This document shows, one piece after another, positions 41,378 to 51,435 of a DNA stretch of 64,000 nt (position 1 is its first letter; each line of letters opens with the position of its first letter). Origin of the DNA: an uncultured Candidatus Rokubacteria bacterium (GTDB taxonomy: Bacteria > Methylomirabilota > Methylomirabilia > Rokubacteriales > DASRDR01); assembly GCA_963708025.1 (NCBI GenBank), contig CAVPSB010000007.1:32001-96000 (forward strand). The letters are read 5' to 3'. The notes under the pieces were generated by a model, which did no database searches, was not told the DNA's origin, and was given only the letters and a program-made list of their open reading frames with translations. The position numbers and the translations under genes are program-made.

Positions 41378-41740
41378 TCAGTCGTCCGGCGCGCCGGCGT
41401 CGGCCGTCACGATGACACGGTCGTCGGCGACGCGGACGGCCAGGCGATAGAGGCCGCCGCCCCCGCACGGGCCCCCGGCGCAGTGCCCGGTGTCCGGCTC
41501 GTACAGGGCCCCGTGGGTCGCGCAGATGAGCAGCCGGCCGTCATCGGTGAAGAACTCGTTCGGCCACCAGTCCAGGGGCGTGCCGGCGTGGATGCACTGG
41601 TTGACGTAGGCGTGGAAGGCGCCGTCGAAGTTCACCACGAAGGCCTCGACCCGGCGGCCGCGCCAGCGAAGCGGGAACTTCGCGGAGGCGCCGGGAGGAA
41701 GATCGCGGGTCGGTACGGACCACTCGTCGGGATCGCTCAT
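41378..41740 (-). CDS. Rieske [2Fe-2S] ferredoxin-like protein
   Basis: NQCIH...ICATHGALY...GHCAGGPC. Confidence 0.88.
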   Translation of the reverse strand: MSDPDEWSVPTRDLPPGASAKFPLRWRGRRVEAFVVNFDGAFHAYVNQCIHAGTPLDWWPNEFFTDDGRLLICATHGALYEPDTGHCAGGPCGGGGLYRLAVRVADDRVIVTADAGAPDD

Positions 41741-41952
41741 GGGGGCCTCCTCGAAGACGCCAGGGTAGACCATCCGGTCTCGCGCCGCCAGAGGGAGGGG
41801 CAATGCGGGAGGGGCAATGCGCCGGCGGATCGGCGGCGTCCACCCGGCGGCGGTCCGGCCGACATGGCGAGAGAGGCCTTGCCGGCTGGGCGACAAGGGG
41901 GCTGGACCGGGCCGGCTGCGGAGGCGAGAAACCCGCGTGGTAGAGTGGGTTT

Positions 41953-42906
41953 GTGACGATCCACGCGTCCGAGCCCCCCGCCGTCGAGGTCCGCGACCTA
42001 GGGAAGACCTTCCGGTCGGGGTGGCCCCGACGCCGTGACCAGGCGGCCCTTCGCGGGGTGTCCTTCCAGGTTCCCCGGGGCGCCATCTTCGGCGTGCTGG
42101 GCCCGAACGGAGCCGGCAAGACGACCCTGCTGTCGATTCTCGCCACGCTCCTGCTTCCCGACCGCGGGGAAGCGCGGGTGCTCGGGCTCGATGTCGTCCG
42201 CGATGCCGCGCGGCTTCGCGAGCGGATCAACATGGCGGCGGGGAGCACCTCCTTCCCCTGGAGCCTTTCCTGCCGTGAGGTGCTCGACATCACCGGGCGG
42301 AGCTACGGCCTCGCGGGGCGCGAGCGGGCCCGCCGGGTGGGCGCGCTCCTGGACCAGTTCGAGCTGGCGGCGTTCGCCGACACGCCGTACAACGAGCTGT
42401 CCACGGGGCTCAAGCAGCGACTGGCCCTCGCCAAGGGGTTCGTCAACGACCCCGAGGTCCTCATCCTCGACGAGCCAACGGTCGGCCTGGATCCCGACAT
42501 CTCGGTCCGGATCCGCGAGCAAATCGCGACGCTCCGCCGGGCCCGACGGATCACCATCCTGCTCTCGACCCATTACATGCGCGAGGCCGAGCAGCTCTGC
42601 GACGAGATCGTCTTCCTGCGAGACGGGTCGATCCTGGCCCGCGGAGAGGCGGCCACCCTCAAGCGCCAGATCCTGGCCGGTGACCGGATCGCCATGAGCG
42701 TGGAGGGCGACTGGAGCGGGGTGGCGGCGCTGCCGGGCGTCCTCTCGTGCCGGCGGGACGGGGGCCGGATCGAGTGCGTGGTGGACGACGCTCGGAAGCG
42801 ACTGCCCGAGCTGTTCCGCTACCTGGTAGAGCAGGGGGTCGCGGTCAGCGACGTGACGGTGGCGGAGCCGAATCTGGAGTCGGTCTTCATCGAGCTGGCC
42901 CGATGA
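41953..42906 (+). CDS. ABC-2 exporter ATP-binding protein
   Basis: GPNGAGKTT, LSTG, ILDEPTVGLD, STHYMREAE. Confidence 0.92.
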   Translation: MTIHASEPPAVEVRDLGKTFRSGWPRRRDQAALRGVSFQVPRGAIFGVLGPNGAGKTTLLSILATLLLPDRGEARVLGLDVVRDAARLRERINMAAGSTSFPWSLSCREVLDITGRSYGLAGRERARRVGALLDQFELAAFADTPYNELSTGLKQRLALAKGFVNDPEVLILDEPTVGLDPDISVRIREQIATLRRARRITILLSTHYMREAEQLCDEIVFLRDGSILARGEAATLKRQILAGDRIAMSVEGDWSGVAALPGVLSCRRDGGRIECVVDDARKRLPELFRYLVEQGVAVSDVTVAEPNLESVFIELAR

Positions 42907-42999
42907 GGGCGTGTGAGGCATTCGGCTCCCTCCGGCTCCCCCCTCCCCCCGGTGGGTGGGGGAGGGGGGTTGGGGGGGGGTAGGCGGGAGGTTCCAAAT
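42907..42999 (+). repeat. Family B repeat, copy B6, inserted at the ATPase/permease junction
   Basis: TGA at 42904 and 43000. Confidence 0.9.
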
Positions 43000-43796
43000 T
43001 GACGGCGCTGAGGCGGGAGGCGATCAAGACCTCGGCCTTCTTCCTCAAGAGCTGGCGCATGACGCGGCGGAACGCCCTGACCGTCTTCGAGGTGGTGTTC
43101 TGGCCCGTCGTCAGCCTCCTCTCGGTGGGGCTCATGACGGCGTTCCTCGGCGTCGATCCGCGGACCACCGTCTTCGTGCTCATCGGGACCCTGGCCTTCT
43201 CGGTCGTCCAGGTGTGCCAGCTCGACGTCGCCTACGTCGTCCTGTTCGACATGTGGGGCAAGAGCCTCCGCCACCAGTTCCTCGCGCCCGTTCAACCCTG
43301 GCACATGGCGCTGGGGGGCTGGCTGATGGGCGCGCTGCGGGGGGTCGTTGTCTTCGTGTTGATGGCCGGCGTGGGCCGATGGGCGTTCGGCGTCAGCTTC
43401 TTCGACCAAGGGTGGGCGCCCACGGTCGGGTTCGTCCTCGGGCTCCTGCTGTCCGCGGGCGGGATTGGGCTGATCGTGGCGGCCCTGCTGCTCCTGTTCG
43501 GCGTCCACGCCGAGGTCACCGCGTGGTCCGGCGTCAGCCTGGTCCTGCTCCTCTGCGGCATCTACTATCCGGTCTCGATGCTGCCGGCGCCCCTGGCCAC
43601 GGTGGCGGCCGCCATCCCCCTGACCTACTTCCTCGAGGCCTTCCGCCAGGGCTACGGCTTCGCCCCCGTCTTCCCGGTTCCCTGGCTCCGGGGCTTCGCG
43701 ATGGCCCTGGCCTACCTCACGGCCGGCTACGCCACCTTCACCTGGGCGATCTCCCGGGCGCGGCGAACCGGCATGCTCCTGAAGCTCTCTGACTAG
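42999..43796 (+). CDS. ABC-2 type permease
   Basis: About six TMs; GIYYPVSMLP, IPLTY; follows the ATPase. Confidence 0.85.
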   Translation: MTALRREAIKTSAFFLKSWRMTRRNALTVFEVVFWPVVSLLSVGLMTAFLGVDPRTTVFVLIGTLAFSVVQVCQLDVAYVVLFDMWGKSLRHQFLAPVQPWHMALGGWLMGALRGVVVFVLMAGVGRWAFGVSFFDQGWAPTVGFVLGLLLSAGGIGLIVAALLLLFGVHAEVTAWSGVSLVLLLCGIYYPVSMLPAPLATVAAAIPLTYFLEAFRQGYGFAPVFPVPWLRGFAMALAYLTAGYATFTWAISRARRTGMLLKLSD

Positions 43797-43935
43797 AATC
43801 GTACCGCGCCGGGCCTGGCCGGCCGGTGGTCCGGGGGCAGACCGAGGCCTCGCCTGGCCGCAGGCCGACGCGACGCGGGCCGGAAGTGCCGGAGTTCCAG
43901 GGGTTTCCGATTCGTTGGTGCTGCCGTCCGGGAGT

Positions 43936-43951
43936 TGGCACCGCGCTGGCA
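43936..43951 (+). promoter_or_regulatory. Candidate sigma54 -24/-12 promoter
   Basis: TGGCAC-CGCGC-TGGCA, GG-N10-GC spacing. Confidence 0.45.
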
Positions 43952-43982
43952 TAATCAAGGCAAGGAAGGAGGACGCCTAGCG

Positions 43983-45050
43983 GTGGACGGCACGGTCTGG
44001 CGGTGGTTCTGCGGGGTCGCCGACCGGCAGCGTGCCCGCCGGGTCCCGCTCCCCGGGCTGGTCACCTGCGGAACGAGCCCCCTGTCCGAGGCCGACTGCC
44101 TGGATCCGCGGTGCCTGGACGATCCCTCCCGCCTGTACCCGCCGCCTGCCCCGGTCAAGCCCGATGTCTGGGAGACGATCGACCAGGCGGACGGCGTTGA
44201 GGTCGAGAGGCTCTCCTTCCCCAGCTCGGCGCCCTTCGGGATCACCCTCAACGATCGCGTGACGGTCCGTTTCTTCCGGCCGGCCAGTCGCCCACCCGTG
44301 TTCAGCCTCCTGATCCTTCACGGGATCTGGCGGCAGGACCAGGAGTTCGAGGACAAGCTCTGCCGCTCCCTGGCCCGGCAACGCGTGAGCTCGGCGCTGA
44401 TCTCGCTGCCCTTCCACTGGGAGCGGGCACCCGAGGGAGCACCCAGCGGGGCCTACTTCCTCTCGGGCAACCCGCTCTGGACCTCGTCGGCGTTCCGGCA
44501 GGCGCTCATCGACGCGCGGGGCGTGTTAGGCCTCCTGCGTGGCCGCGGGGTGCCCGTCGGCGTGTTCGGATTCAGCCTGGGCGGGATCATCGCGCACATG
44601 CTGATGGCGATCGAGCCGCTCGATTTCGGCGGCTCCGCCTTCGCCGGCGGCGACACCGCCGGCATCGTCTGGGAAGGCGTCCTGACCCAGCCGTACCGCG
44701 AGGCGATGGAGGCCGGAGGGGTCACCCGGGAACGGCTCTCTCAGCTCTGGGCGACCGGAGACCCGACCCGGTATGCCCACTTGCGCCGGCCCTCGCGAAT
44801 GCTTATGCTCAACGCACGGTACGACCTGTGCGTGCCGCTCCGGTTCACCCTGGCACTGTGGCGGGCCCTCTGCGAGCCGTCGATCCGGTGGCTCCCGGCC
44901 GGTCACATCACGGGGTTCCTCTTCCGCGACACGATCGTGGCCGAGGTACTGGCAGCCCTGGGGCTGCCGCGCCCGGTGCAGGCGTCACGACGCCTCGGCC
45001 TTCCGTGGCGCGTGGAGCCGGCGGCGCACCAGATCCGCTGGGCGTCCTAG
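43983..45050 (+). CDS. Alpha/beta hydrolase
   Basis: GFSLGG nucleophile elbow, YDLCVP, AGH. Confidence 0.8.
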   Translation: MDGTVWRWFCGVADRQRARRVPLPGLVTCGTSPLSEADCLDPRCLDDPSRLYPPPAPVKPDVWETIDQADGVEVERLSFPSSAPFGITLNDRVTVRFFRPASRPPVFSLLILHGIWRQDQEFEDKLCRSLARQRVSSALISLPFHWERAPEGAPSGAYFLSGNPLWTSSAFRQALIDARGVLGLLRGRGVPVGVFGFSLGGIIAHMLMAIEPLDFGGSAFAGGDTAGIVWEGVLTQPYREAMEAGGVTRERLSQLWATGDPTRYAHLRRPSRMLMLNARYDLCVPLRFTLALWRALCEPSIRWLPAGHITGFLFRDTIVAEVLAALGLPRPVQASRRLGLPWRVEPAAHQIRWAS

Positions 45051-45083
45051 GGGGTCCAGGCCGGCCGTAAGGGGGTCAGGCCG

Positions 45084-45470
45084 ATGGTCGGGCATCTGGT
45101 TCGGACGGTGAGCGCCCTGGCGCTCGCGCTCGCGTTCGGCCTGCCTGCGGTCGAGGCGGCCGAGCGCCTGCTCCGCTACTCTGGGAAGGTCGAGCGGGTG
45201 GACCTCGACGAAGGGGTGGTGGTCGTGGACGAGATGGCTGCCCGGGGCCACCGCCGCCGCCACGCTCTCCATGTCAGTCCCGAGACACCCATCGTCACCG
45301 CCGAGCGCTTGCGCCCCTGGGAGATGCGGGGCAACGGCGCCTTCGAGGAGATCGCGGTCTCGCTGCTGGACGTGATCACCGGGGACTTCGTGGTGGTCGA
45401 GTCCACGGAGGAGGGGGGCCGCCTGGTGGTGGTGCGCATCACGATCGTCGACAACCGCCGCCGGCCCTAG
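45084..45470 (+). CDS. Secreted small beta-rich hypothetical protein
   Basis: Signal peptide; YSGKVERVD...GDFVVVE. Confidence 0.7.
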   Translation: MVGHLVRTVSALALALAFGLPAVEAAERLLRYSGKVERVDLDEGVVVVDEMAARGHRRRHALHVSPETPIVTAERLRPWEMRGNGAFEEIAVSLLDVITGDFVVVESTEEGGRLVVVRITIVDNRRRP

Positions 45471-45532
45471 TCGTCAGCTCTTCGGGCCCTCCCGCCCACC
45501 GGCACCCATTGGGCCAAGGTCTGTGCCGCGGG

Positions 45533-45692
45533 GAAGATGCCGGCGCCTCCTATTCCGTCCCACCCGCCCATCGTCGTCTCGCAACCCTTTGGCGCTGGCG
45601 GCTCGGCCGAGGCGTTCCGCTCCGAGCCGCGGCTTCGCCGCGGCCTCCGAGGGGGGGCATCGGGAGGTCTTCCGAGACCCCCCGGAGGCGCT
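45533..45692 (-). repeat. Family C structured repeat, copy C1
   Basis: GGCGTTCCGCT..GAGCCGCGGCTTCGCCGCGGCCTCCG...CCGAGACCCCCCG, shared with 50931 and 57397. Confidence 0.85.
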
Positions 45693-46886
45693 TCAGAGCG
45701 GCTCGACGAGGACCGGCTCGCCGGCCTTCACGTCGCCGCGGTCCTCCTCGAGGATGATCAGGCAGTTGGCCGCCACCATCGAGGAGAGGATGCCGGAGCC
45801 CTGGGGGCCGGTGGTGGAGACCTCCCAGCCCCGCTCGCCGAAGCCGAGGATTCCCCGCTTGAACTCGCGCCGCCCGGGCTTCTTCCGCATCGGCTCGGTC
45901 GCGGTCGCGGTGAAGCGGGACGGCTCGAGCTCCCGGCGGCCTGCGAGCTTCCAGAGCGCCGGCCGCACGAAGAGGAGGAAGCAGAGCATCGAGGCGACCG
46001 GGTTCCCCGGCAGGCCGAAGAAGTGGCTCTCGCCGATCCGGCCGACCGCCATCGGCCGCCCCGGCTGCATCGCCACCTGCCAGAAGTCGATTCCGCCGAT
46101 CTCGGCCAGGACCTGCTTGACCAGATCGTAGACCCCGACCGACACGCCGCCCGAGCTCACCACGACGTGCGCGACCTCGGCCGCCTCGACGAGGCGCGTG
46201 CGCAGCACATCCCGGAGGTCGGGAACGATCCCGAAGTCGATGGGAGTGGCCCCGGCCGCCTCGACCAGCCCGTGGAGGGAGAAGCGGTTGGCGTCGTAGA
46301 TCTGCCCGGGCTTGCGCGGCAGCCCGGGCTCGACCACCTCGTCGCCGGTCGAGAGCAGGACGACCCGCGGGCGGCCGTGGACCCAGACGTCGGGAAGGCC
46401 GAGCGAGGCGAGGAGTCCCAGCTCCTGTGGCCGGAGGACGGTCCCGCCGCGGAGCACCTCGGTGCCGGCCGAAACGTCCTCGCCGCGGGCCCGCACGTTC
46501 GCGCCGGGCTCCACGGGCTGGAGCCAGACCGCGTCCTCGTCCCTCTCCGCCAGCTCCTGGGGCACGACGGTGTCGGCGCCGGCCGGCATCGGGGCGCCGG
46601 TCATGATGCGGAGGGCCTCGCCGGGGCCCAGCGTCCCCGCGTAGGTCGAGCCGGCCGGGAGGTCGCTGACCACCCGCAGCCGAGCGGTCCCGCCCGCCTT
46701 CAGGTCCGCCGCCCGCACCGCATAGCCGTAGACGGCCGAGTTGTCGGCGGGGGGCACATCGAAGGGCGCGAGCACGTCCCGGGCGAGCACGCAGCCCAGC
46801 GCGTGCGCGACCGACACCGACTCCGGTGAGATCGGGCGGATGACCTGGGCCAGGATTCGAGCCTGCCCGTCGGCGACGGAGATCAT
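45693..46886 (-). CDS. moeA: Molybdopterin molybdenumtransferase
   Basis: DNSAVYGYAV, RIMTGAPMP, STGDE, SSGGVSVG, GLPGNP. Confidence 0.92.
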   Translation of the reverse strand: MISVADGQARILAQVIRPISPESVSVAHALGCVLARDVLAPFDVPPADNSAVYGYAVRAADLKAGGTARLRVVSDLPAGSTYAGTLGPGEALRIMTGAPMPAGADTVVPQELAERDEDAVWLQPVEPGANVRARGEDVSAGTEVLRGGTVLRPQELGLLASLGLPDVWVHGRPRVVLLSTGDEVVEPGLPRKPGQIYDANRFSLHGLVEAAGATPIDFGIVPDLRDVLRTRLVEAAEVAHVVVSSGGVSVGVYDLVKQVLAEIGGIDFWQVAMQPGRPMAVGRIGESHFFGLPGNPVASMLCFLLFVRPALWKLAGRRELEPSRFTATATEPMRKKPGRREFKRGILGFGERGWEVSTTGPQGSGILSSMVAANCLIILEEDRGDVKAGEPVLVEPL

Positions 46887-46956
46887 GACGTTCGATCGGT
46901 ATTATACTCGCCGGCGGCCCGCGCTCCGGGTCCGCCCTCTGGTATAGTGGCGGGCG

Positions 46957-47463
46957 ATGACCGCCCGGGAGTCCCCACTCGACCTGCCATCCGGATGGGC
47001 GGCCCCGCCCTGGGCGGACGCCACGACGCCATCGCCGGCCGCCGACGGGAGCTTCGCGGCGCTGCGCCCTGCCGGCTTCTGGCTGAGGGCCGGCGCCCTC
47101 GCGGTGGATGCCGGGGTTTGGTGGCTGCTCCTCCGGCTCGGAGACCTGGGCACCGGGACCCTGGGGCGCTGGGAGCTGATCGCGCGCGCCTTCGACTACA
47201 CCTTCGGGCTCGTCGTCCCCGCCGCTTACGTCGTGGTGATGCACGGGACCTCCGGCCGGACGCTCGGCAAGATGCTGGTGGGCGCTCGGGTCGTGAGCGT
47301 GTCCGGCGAGCCGATCGGCTACCCGCGAGCGCTGGCCCGGTATCTGGCCTGGTTCCTCTCGGCGCTCCCCCTGCTTCTGGGCTTCGTCATGGCCGCGGTG
47401 CGGCCGGACCGGCGCGCGCTGCACGATCTGGTCGTCGGCACCCGCGTCGTGCGCGCTCGGTGA
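46957..47463 (+). CDS. RDD-family membrane protein
   Basis: AGFWLRAGALAVD, GRTLGKML, RALHDLVVGTRVV. Confidence 0.9.
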   Translation: MTARESPLDLPSGWAAPPWADATTPSPAADGSFAALRPAGFWLRAGALAVDAGVWWLLLRLGDLGTGTLGRWELIARAFDYTFGLVVPAAYVVVMHGTSGRTLGKMLVGARVVSVSGEPIGYPRALARYLAWFLSALPLLLGFVMAAVRPDRRALHDLVVGTRVVRAR

Positions 47464-47488
47464 CCCCGCGCGCTATCATGAGGGCGCG

Positions 47489-48613
47489 ATGAGCCTGCAG
47501 GTCCTTCGCGAGGCGTGGGAGCGTCTGTCGCTGGGTGAGCGGCTCGGGCTGGCCACCCTGGTCGCGACTCGCGGCTCGACGCCCCAGAGAGTCGGCGCCC
47601 GCATCCTGGTGCGCGCCGACGGCGCCTCCCTCGGCACCCTGGGCGGCGGGGCGGTGGAGGCCGAGGCCGTCCGGGAGGCGGCGCTCCGCATCGGCTGGGG
47701 AGAGGCGACCCTTCACGAGTACACGCTGTCAACCGGCACCGACGAGTGGGGCCTGGCCTGCGGCGGAACCATGCTGGTCTTCATCGAGCCCCTCGACGAG
47801 CGCTCGCTGGACTGGCTCTCCGCGGCGCTGGAGGCGCAGTCGGGGGGTGACCCGGTCGCGCCGGTCACGCTGCTCGAGGGCGCCCGGGCGGGCTCCCGCT
47901 TTCTCGTTCGCGAGAGCGGGACCACGGGGGGCCTGGGCGATCCGGTGCTCGATGGCGAGGCGGTCCAGATCGGGCGCCGCGTCCTGACCGAGGAGCGTCC
48001 GGCGCTCCGGTCGGTCGCCGGGACACGCCTGTACGCGGAGAGCTTCGCGCCCACCCCGGCACTCGTCATCGTGGGGGCCGGCCATGTCGGGAAGGCCCTG
48101 GCCACTCTCGGGAAGTTCCTCGACCTCGAGGTCAGCGTGATCGACGACCGTCCCGAGTACGCGACGCCGGAGCGCTTCCCCGAAGCTGATCGGGTGATCG
48201 CCGCGCCGGTCGCGACGGCAGTCGCCGAGCTCCGGGTCTCGCCGCGGACGGCGATCGTGGTCGCGATGCGGAACCACGACCTCGACTACGAGGCCACGGC
48301 CGCCGCCCTCCGCACCCCGGCCCGTCACGTCGGGCTCATCGGCTCCCGGCGCAAGGCGATCCTCGTGGCCCAGCGCCTCCTCGGCGCCGGTATCCCCGCC
48401 GAGCGAGTGCGCGCGCTCCGCAGCCCGATCGGGCTCGACATCGGCGCCGCCACGCCGCCCGAGATCGCCCTGGCGATCCTCGGTGAGTGGATCATGCTCC
48501 GGCAGGGCGCCGCCGGAAAGCCGCTCCAGCTGGAGCCGGACCTCCTGGCCAAGGCGGCCGAGCGGGCCGAGGCGGCCCGGACCCCACGCGGCGCCGAGAG
48601 CGACGACCGCTGA
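47489..48613 (+). CDS. xdhC: XdhC/CoxI-family Mo-enzyme accessory protein
   Basis: GSTPQ, GLACGG, VGAGHVG, GLIGSRRK, SPIGLDIG. Confidence 0.88.
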   Translation: MSLQVLREAWERLSLGERLGLATLVATRGSTPQRVGARILVRADGASLGTLGGGAVEAEAVREAALRIGWGEATLHEYTLSTGTDEWGLACGGTMLVFIEPLDERSLDWLSAALEAQSGGDPVAPVTLLEGARAGSRFLVRESGTTGGLGDPVLDGEAVQIGRRVLTEERPALRSVAGTRLYAESFAPTPALVIVGAGHVGKALATLGKFLDLEVSVIDDRPEYATPERFPEADRVIAAPVATAVAELRVSPRTAIVVAMRNHDLDYEATAAALRTPARHVGLIGSRRKAILVAQRLLGAGIPAERVRALRSPIGLDIGAATPPEIALAILGEWIMLRQGAAGKPLQLEPDLLAKAAERAEAARTPRGAESDDR

Positions 48614-48621
48614 CCGGTCCC

Positions 48622-49302
48622 GTGCCGCCCGGGGCGTTCCCCGTGGCCGTCGCCCTCCCTCTCGGTGTCCGGAACCGCCTCGCCGAGCTGATCCTGGGGG
48701 CCTTCGACGAGCCGGCCGCCCGGGCGACGCTCGAGGCGCTGGCCGCCTTCTGCCGGGATCGCCAGCTCGACCCGGAGGCGGCGTCGCGGCTGGTCAACCT
48801 CGGCTGGTTCGAGGCGACCGGGTCCGGGCGCGTGCGCCTGCTCGGCGCCCATCGCGCGCACCGGGCGGCGCTCTGCCACCGGGCGACGGCGGCGGTCGCG
48901 CTGCTCGACGACCCCGCGACGGCCGGCGCCGGGACCCTGACCGGGCTGCTCGGGCGCGCGGCACGGCTCGGCGACGCGGGGCTCTACTTCGAGGTACACG
49001 AGCTGCTCGAGCCCCGCTGGATGCGCGCCGAGGGAGCCGAGCGGCTCGCGCTCCAGGGATTGATCCAAGTCGCCGTCGCGCTCCATCACGCCGAGCAGTC
49101 CAATCGCCGAGGTGCGATCTCGCTCATGGGCGAGGGGCTGGCCAAGCTCGATGCCGCCGTCGCGGCGTTGCCGCTCGACACCGTCGAGTGGAGGAAGGGT
49201 CTCACCACCTGTCTCGCCGCCTGGCGCCTGAATCTGCCCGCGCCCGGCCCTCCACTCTGGCCGGCGCCGGCGGCGACCGCACGATCGGGCCATCGCGAAT
49301 AG
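48622..49302 (+). CDS. DUF309-family protein
   Basis: YFEVHELLEPRW...LQGLIQVAVALHH. Confidence 0.8.
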   Translation: MPPGAFPVAVALPLGVRNRLAELILGAFDEPAARATLEALAAFCRDRQLDPEAASRLVNLGWFEATGSGRVRLLGAHRAHRAALCHRATAAVALLDDPATAGAGTLTGLLGRAARLGDAGLYFEVHELLEPRWMRAEGAERLALQGLIQVAVALHHAEQSNRRGAISLMGEGLAKLDAAVAALPLDTVEWRKGLTTCLAAWRLNLPAPGPPLWPAPAATARSGHRE

Positions 49303-49311
49303 GAGGCGAAC

Positions 49312-50103
49312 GTGGAGCTGGGGCTGCAGGGACGAGTGGCGTTGGTCACCGGGGGCTCGAAGGGGATCGGGCGGGCGTGCGCGGCCGCGTTCGCGGCCGA
49401 GGGCGCGCGCCTGGCGCTCTGCGCGCGGGGCGCCGAGGGGCTGGCGAGCGTCGCGGAGGAGCTGGGCGCGAAGGGCGCCGAGGTGCTCACGATCGCCGCC
49501 GATCTCGCGGAGCCGGAGGCGGCGCGGCGAGTCGTCGAGGGCGTCCTCGCCCGGTTCGGGCGGCTGGACATCCTGGTGAACAACGCCGGCGCCATCCGCG
49601 GCGGCGATTTCCTCGGCACGCCGGCCGAGCAGTGGGCGGAGGACTGGCGACTCAAGATCCTCGGCTACACTCGCCTGGCCCAGGCCGTCCTCCCCCCCAT
49701 GCGGGCGCGGCGCTGGGGCCGCATCATCAACATCATCGGGGCCGCCGCCCGGAACCCCACGCCGGACTACATGGCCGGCGGCATCGCCAACGCGGGTCTC
49801 ATCAATTTCACTCGCGCGCTGGCCGACCTCGGCGCGCCGGATCAGATCCTCGTCACGGCGGTGAGCCCCGGGGCGACCGCGACCGAGCGGTGGGACGGTC
49901 TGGTCGCCCAGCGGGCACGCGCCCAGGGACGCGCCTCCGAGGATCTCCGTCGTGAGCTCGAGCGGGCCCAGCCGCTGGGGCGGATCGGCCGGCCCGAAGA
50001 CGTGGCCGATCTGGTCGTCTTCCTCGCCTCCGAGCGCGCGAGCTTCCTGACCGGTGTGTCGATCACGGTGGACGGGGGGACCAGCCGCGGCGTCTACCTG
50101 TAG
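49312..50103 (+). CDS. SDR oxidoreductase
   Basis: VTGGSKGIG, ILVNNAG, VDGG. Confidence 0.9.
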   Translation: MELGLQGRVALVTGGSKGIGRACAAAFAAEGARLALCARGAEGLASVAEELGAKGAEVLTIAADLAEPEAARRVVEGVLARFGRLDILVNNAGAIRGGDFLGTPAEQWAEDWRLKILGYTRLAQAVLPPMRARRWGRIINIIGAAARNPTPDYMAGGIANAGLINFTRALADLGAPDQILVTAVSPGATATERWDGLVAQRARAQGRASEDLRRELERAQPLGRIGRPEDVADLVVFLASERASFLTGVSITVDGGTSRGVYL

Positions 50104-50300
50104 CGGGGCCGATGAGCGTCGCAATGTTCGTCTCGGTCGTGACGCGGTCGGCCTGCGGCCTCGCGTCCGTCCCGACCTCTGGTCGTCCTCGGTCGTCGCC
50201 GATCCTCGGCGTACCAGGAGTACGCCTCCGGTCGGGGACTCCCTGCGTCCTTCGGACGGCCTTCGGCCTGTGGGCGCTGCTCGCTCCTCGGCCCCGCTCC
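50104..50300 (+). repeat. Family A repeat, copy A4
   Basis: TAG-[CGGGGCCGATGAGCG...CGCTCCTCGGCCCCGCTCC]-TAG. Confidence 0.9.
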
Positions 50301-50347
50301 TAGGTCCCTGGTGTTTTCCACTTAGGTGGTTTTGCGGAAAAACCTGC

Positions 50348-50377
50348 TTGACACCGTGCCGGGCCCGCGGGTAGCTT
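50348..50377 (+). promoter_or_regulatory. Sigma70-type promoter of the RRM gene
   Basis: TTGACA-18 nt-TAGCTT. Confidence 0.55.
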
Positions 50378-50487
50378 GTTACCCGGCGCGAAGGGACAGA
50401 ACGTGCCGCCTCATCCGTCCAGGTGCCCTCAAAGAGTCGCGGCTCTTTGAGGGAGTTATCGTCTCGGCCCCATTCAGGAGGTACGAG

Positions 50488-50823
50488 ATGTCAGCCAAGC
50501 TCTTCGTGGGCAACCTGTCGTACCAGGCGACGGAGGAGGACCTGCGCGAGCTGTTCCAGCAGGCCGGTACCGTCGAGTCGGTGCGCATCATCACGGACCA
50601 GTTCACGGGTCGGCCCCGGGGGTTCGGCTTCGTGGAGATGTCCACGAAGGAGGAGGCCGAGCGCGCCATCGAGCAGCTCAACGGCCGGCTCTTCCGCGAT
50701 CGTAACCTGGTGGTGAACGAAGCCCGGCCGCAGCCCAGCCGGAGCCCCGGTGGCAGCCGGGGCGGGGGACGCCGCGAGGGGGGACCTGGCGGTGGTGGGG
50801 GCGGCGGATGGGGGCGCCGGTAG
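50488..50823 (+). CDS. RRM RNA-binding protein with a Gly-rich tail
   Basis: RNP2 LFVGNL, RNP1 [23 protein letters not shown]. Confidence 0.93.
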   Translation: MSAKLFVGNLSYQATEEDLRELFQQAGTVESVRIITDQFTGRPRGFGFVEMSTKEEAERAIEQLNGRLFRDRNLVVNEARPQPSRSPGGSRGGGRREGGPGGGGGGGWGRR

Positions 50824-50930
50824 GCGACGGCGTCACGATCAGGTAGTCCGGAATCGAGAGCCGGGGCCGAGCAGGCCTCAACTCTCTTTCTCCCCGCCCG
50901 CGGCCGCCGCCCGCCGATCTCGCAGCCCAT

Positions 50931-51089
50931 GAAGAAGTGCCGGCGGCGGCTCCCATTCCCACCGCCCGTCGGGTGCTCGCGACCCTCTGGCTGTGGCCAC
51001 GCGGCCGTGGCGTTCCGCTTTTGAGCCGCGCCTTCGCCGCGGCCTCCGCGGGGGGGCTTCAGACGGTCGTCCGAGACCCCCCGAAGATC
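50931..51089 (-). repeat. Family C repeat, copy C2
   Basis: Aligns with C1 and C3; abuts the TGA of the 51090 gene. Confidence 0.85.
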
Positions 51090-51410
51090 TCAGTCCGTCG
51101 TCTGGTCGGGTTCCGACCCGGGTGCCCCGGGTGGCCGCTCGGCGCTGTACACGTCGTAGCCGGCGTCGCGGTGCAGGATCCGGAACCCCGCTTCCCATCG
51201 AGCCGCCTGCTTCGGCGTCAGGCCACGGCGTGGGCGTGATCGACGCCGCTCGGGGGCGGCGGGCGGAGGCTGCCCGCCGGGGGGCGCAGTCCGACGGTCG
51301 AAGACGACCGCGACCCGCCGGTCCGTCTCGAACAATCGCCGGAGACTCTCGTGGAGGTCGGGCCGGTCTGGCCGCACGACGATGATCCACTCGGACATGG
51401 CGTCCATCAC
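51090..51410 (-). CDS. Small hypothetical protein with DRR/ERRR motifs
   Basis: IIVVRPDRPDL...VVFDRR...ERRR; fills the gap downstream of the LOG gene. Confidence 0.65.
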   Translation of the reverse strand: MMDAMSEWIIVVRPDRPDLHESLRRLFETDRRVAVVFDRRTAPPGGQPPPAAPERRRSRPRRGLTPKQAARWEAGFRILHRDAGYDVYSAERPPGAPGSEPDQTTD

Positions 51411-51435
51411 CGGTCTCGGGCGCTGCCGGGCGATG

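Noticed and set aside
41790-41822. Tandem GGAGGGGCAATGCG duplication
   Set aside because: Two copies only; cannot separate a binding site from slippage
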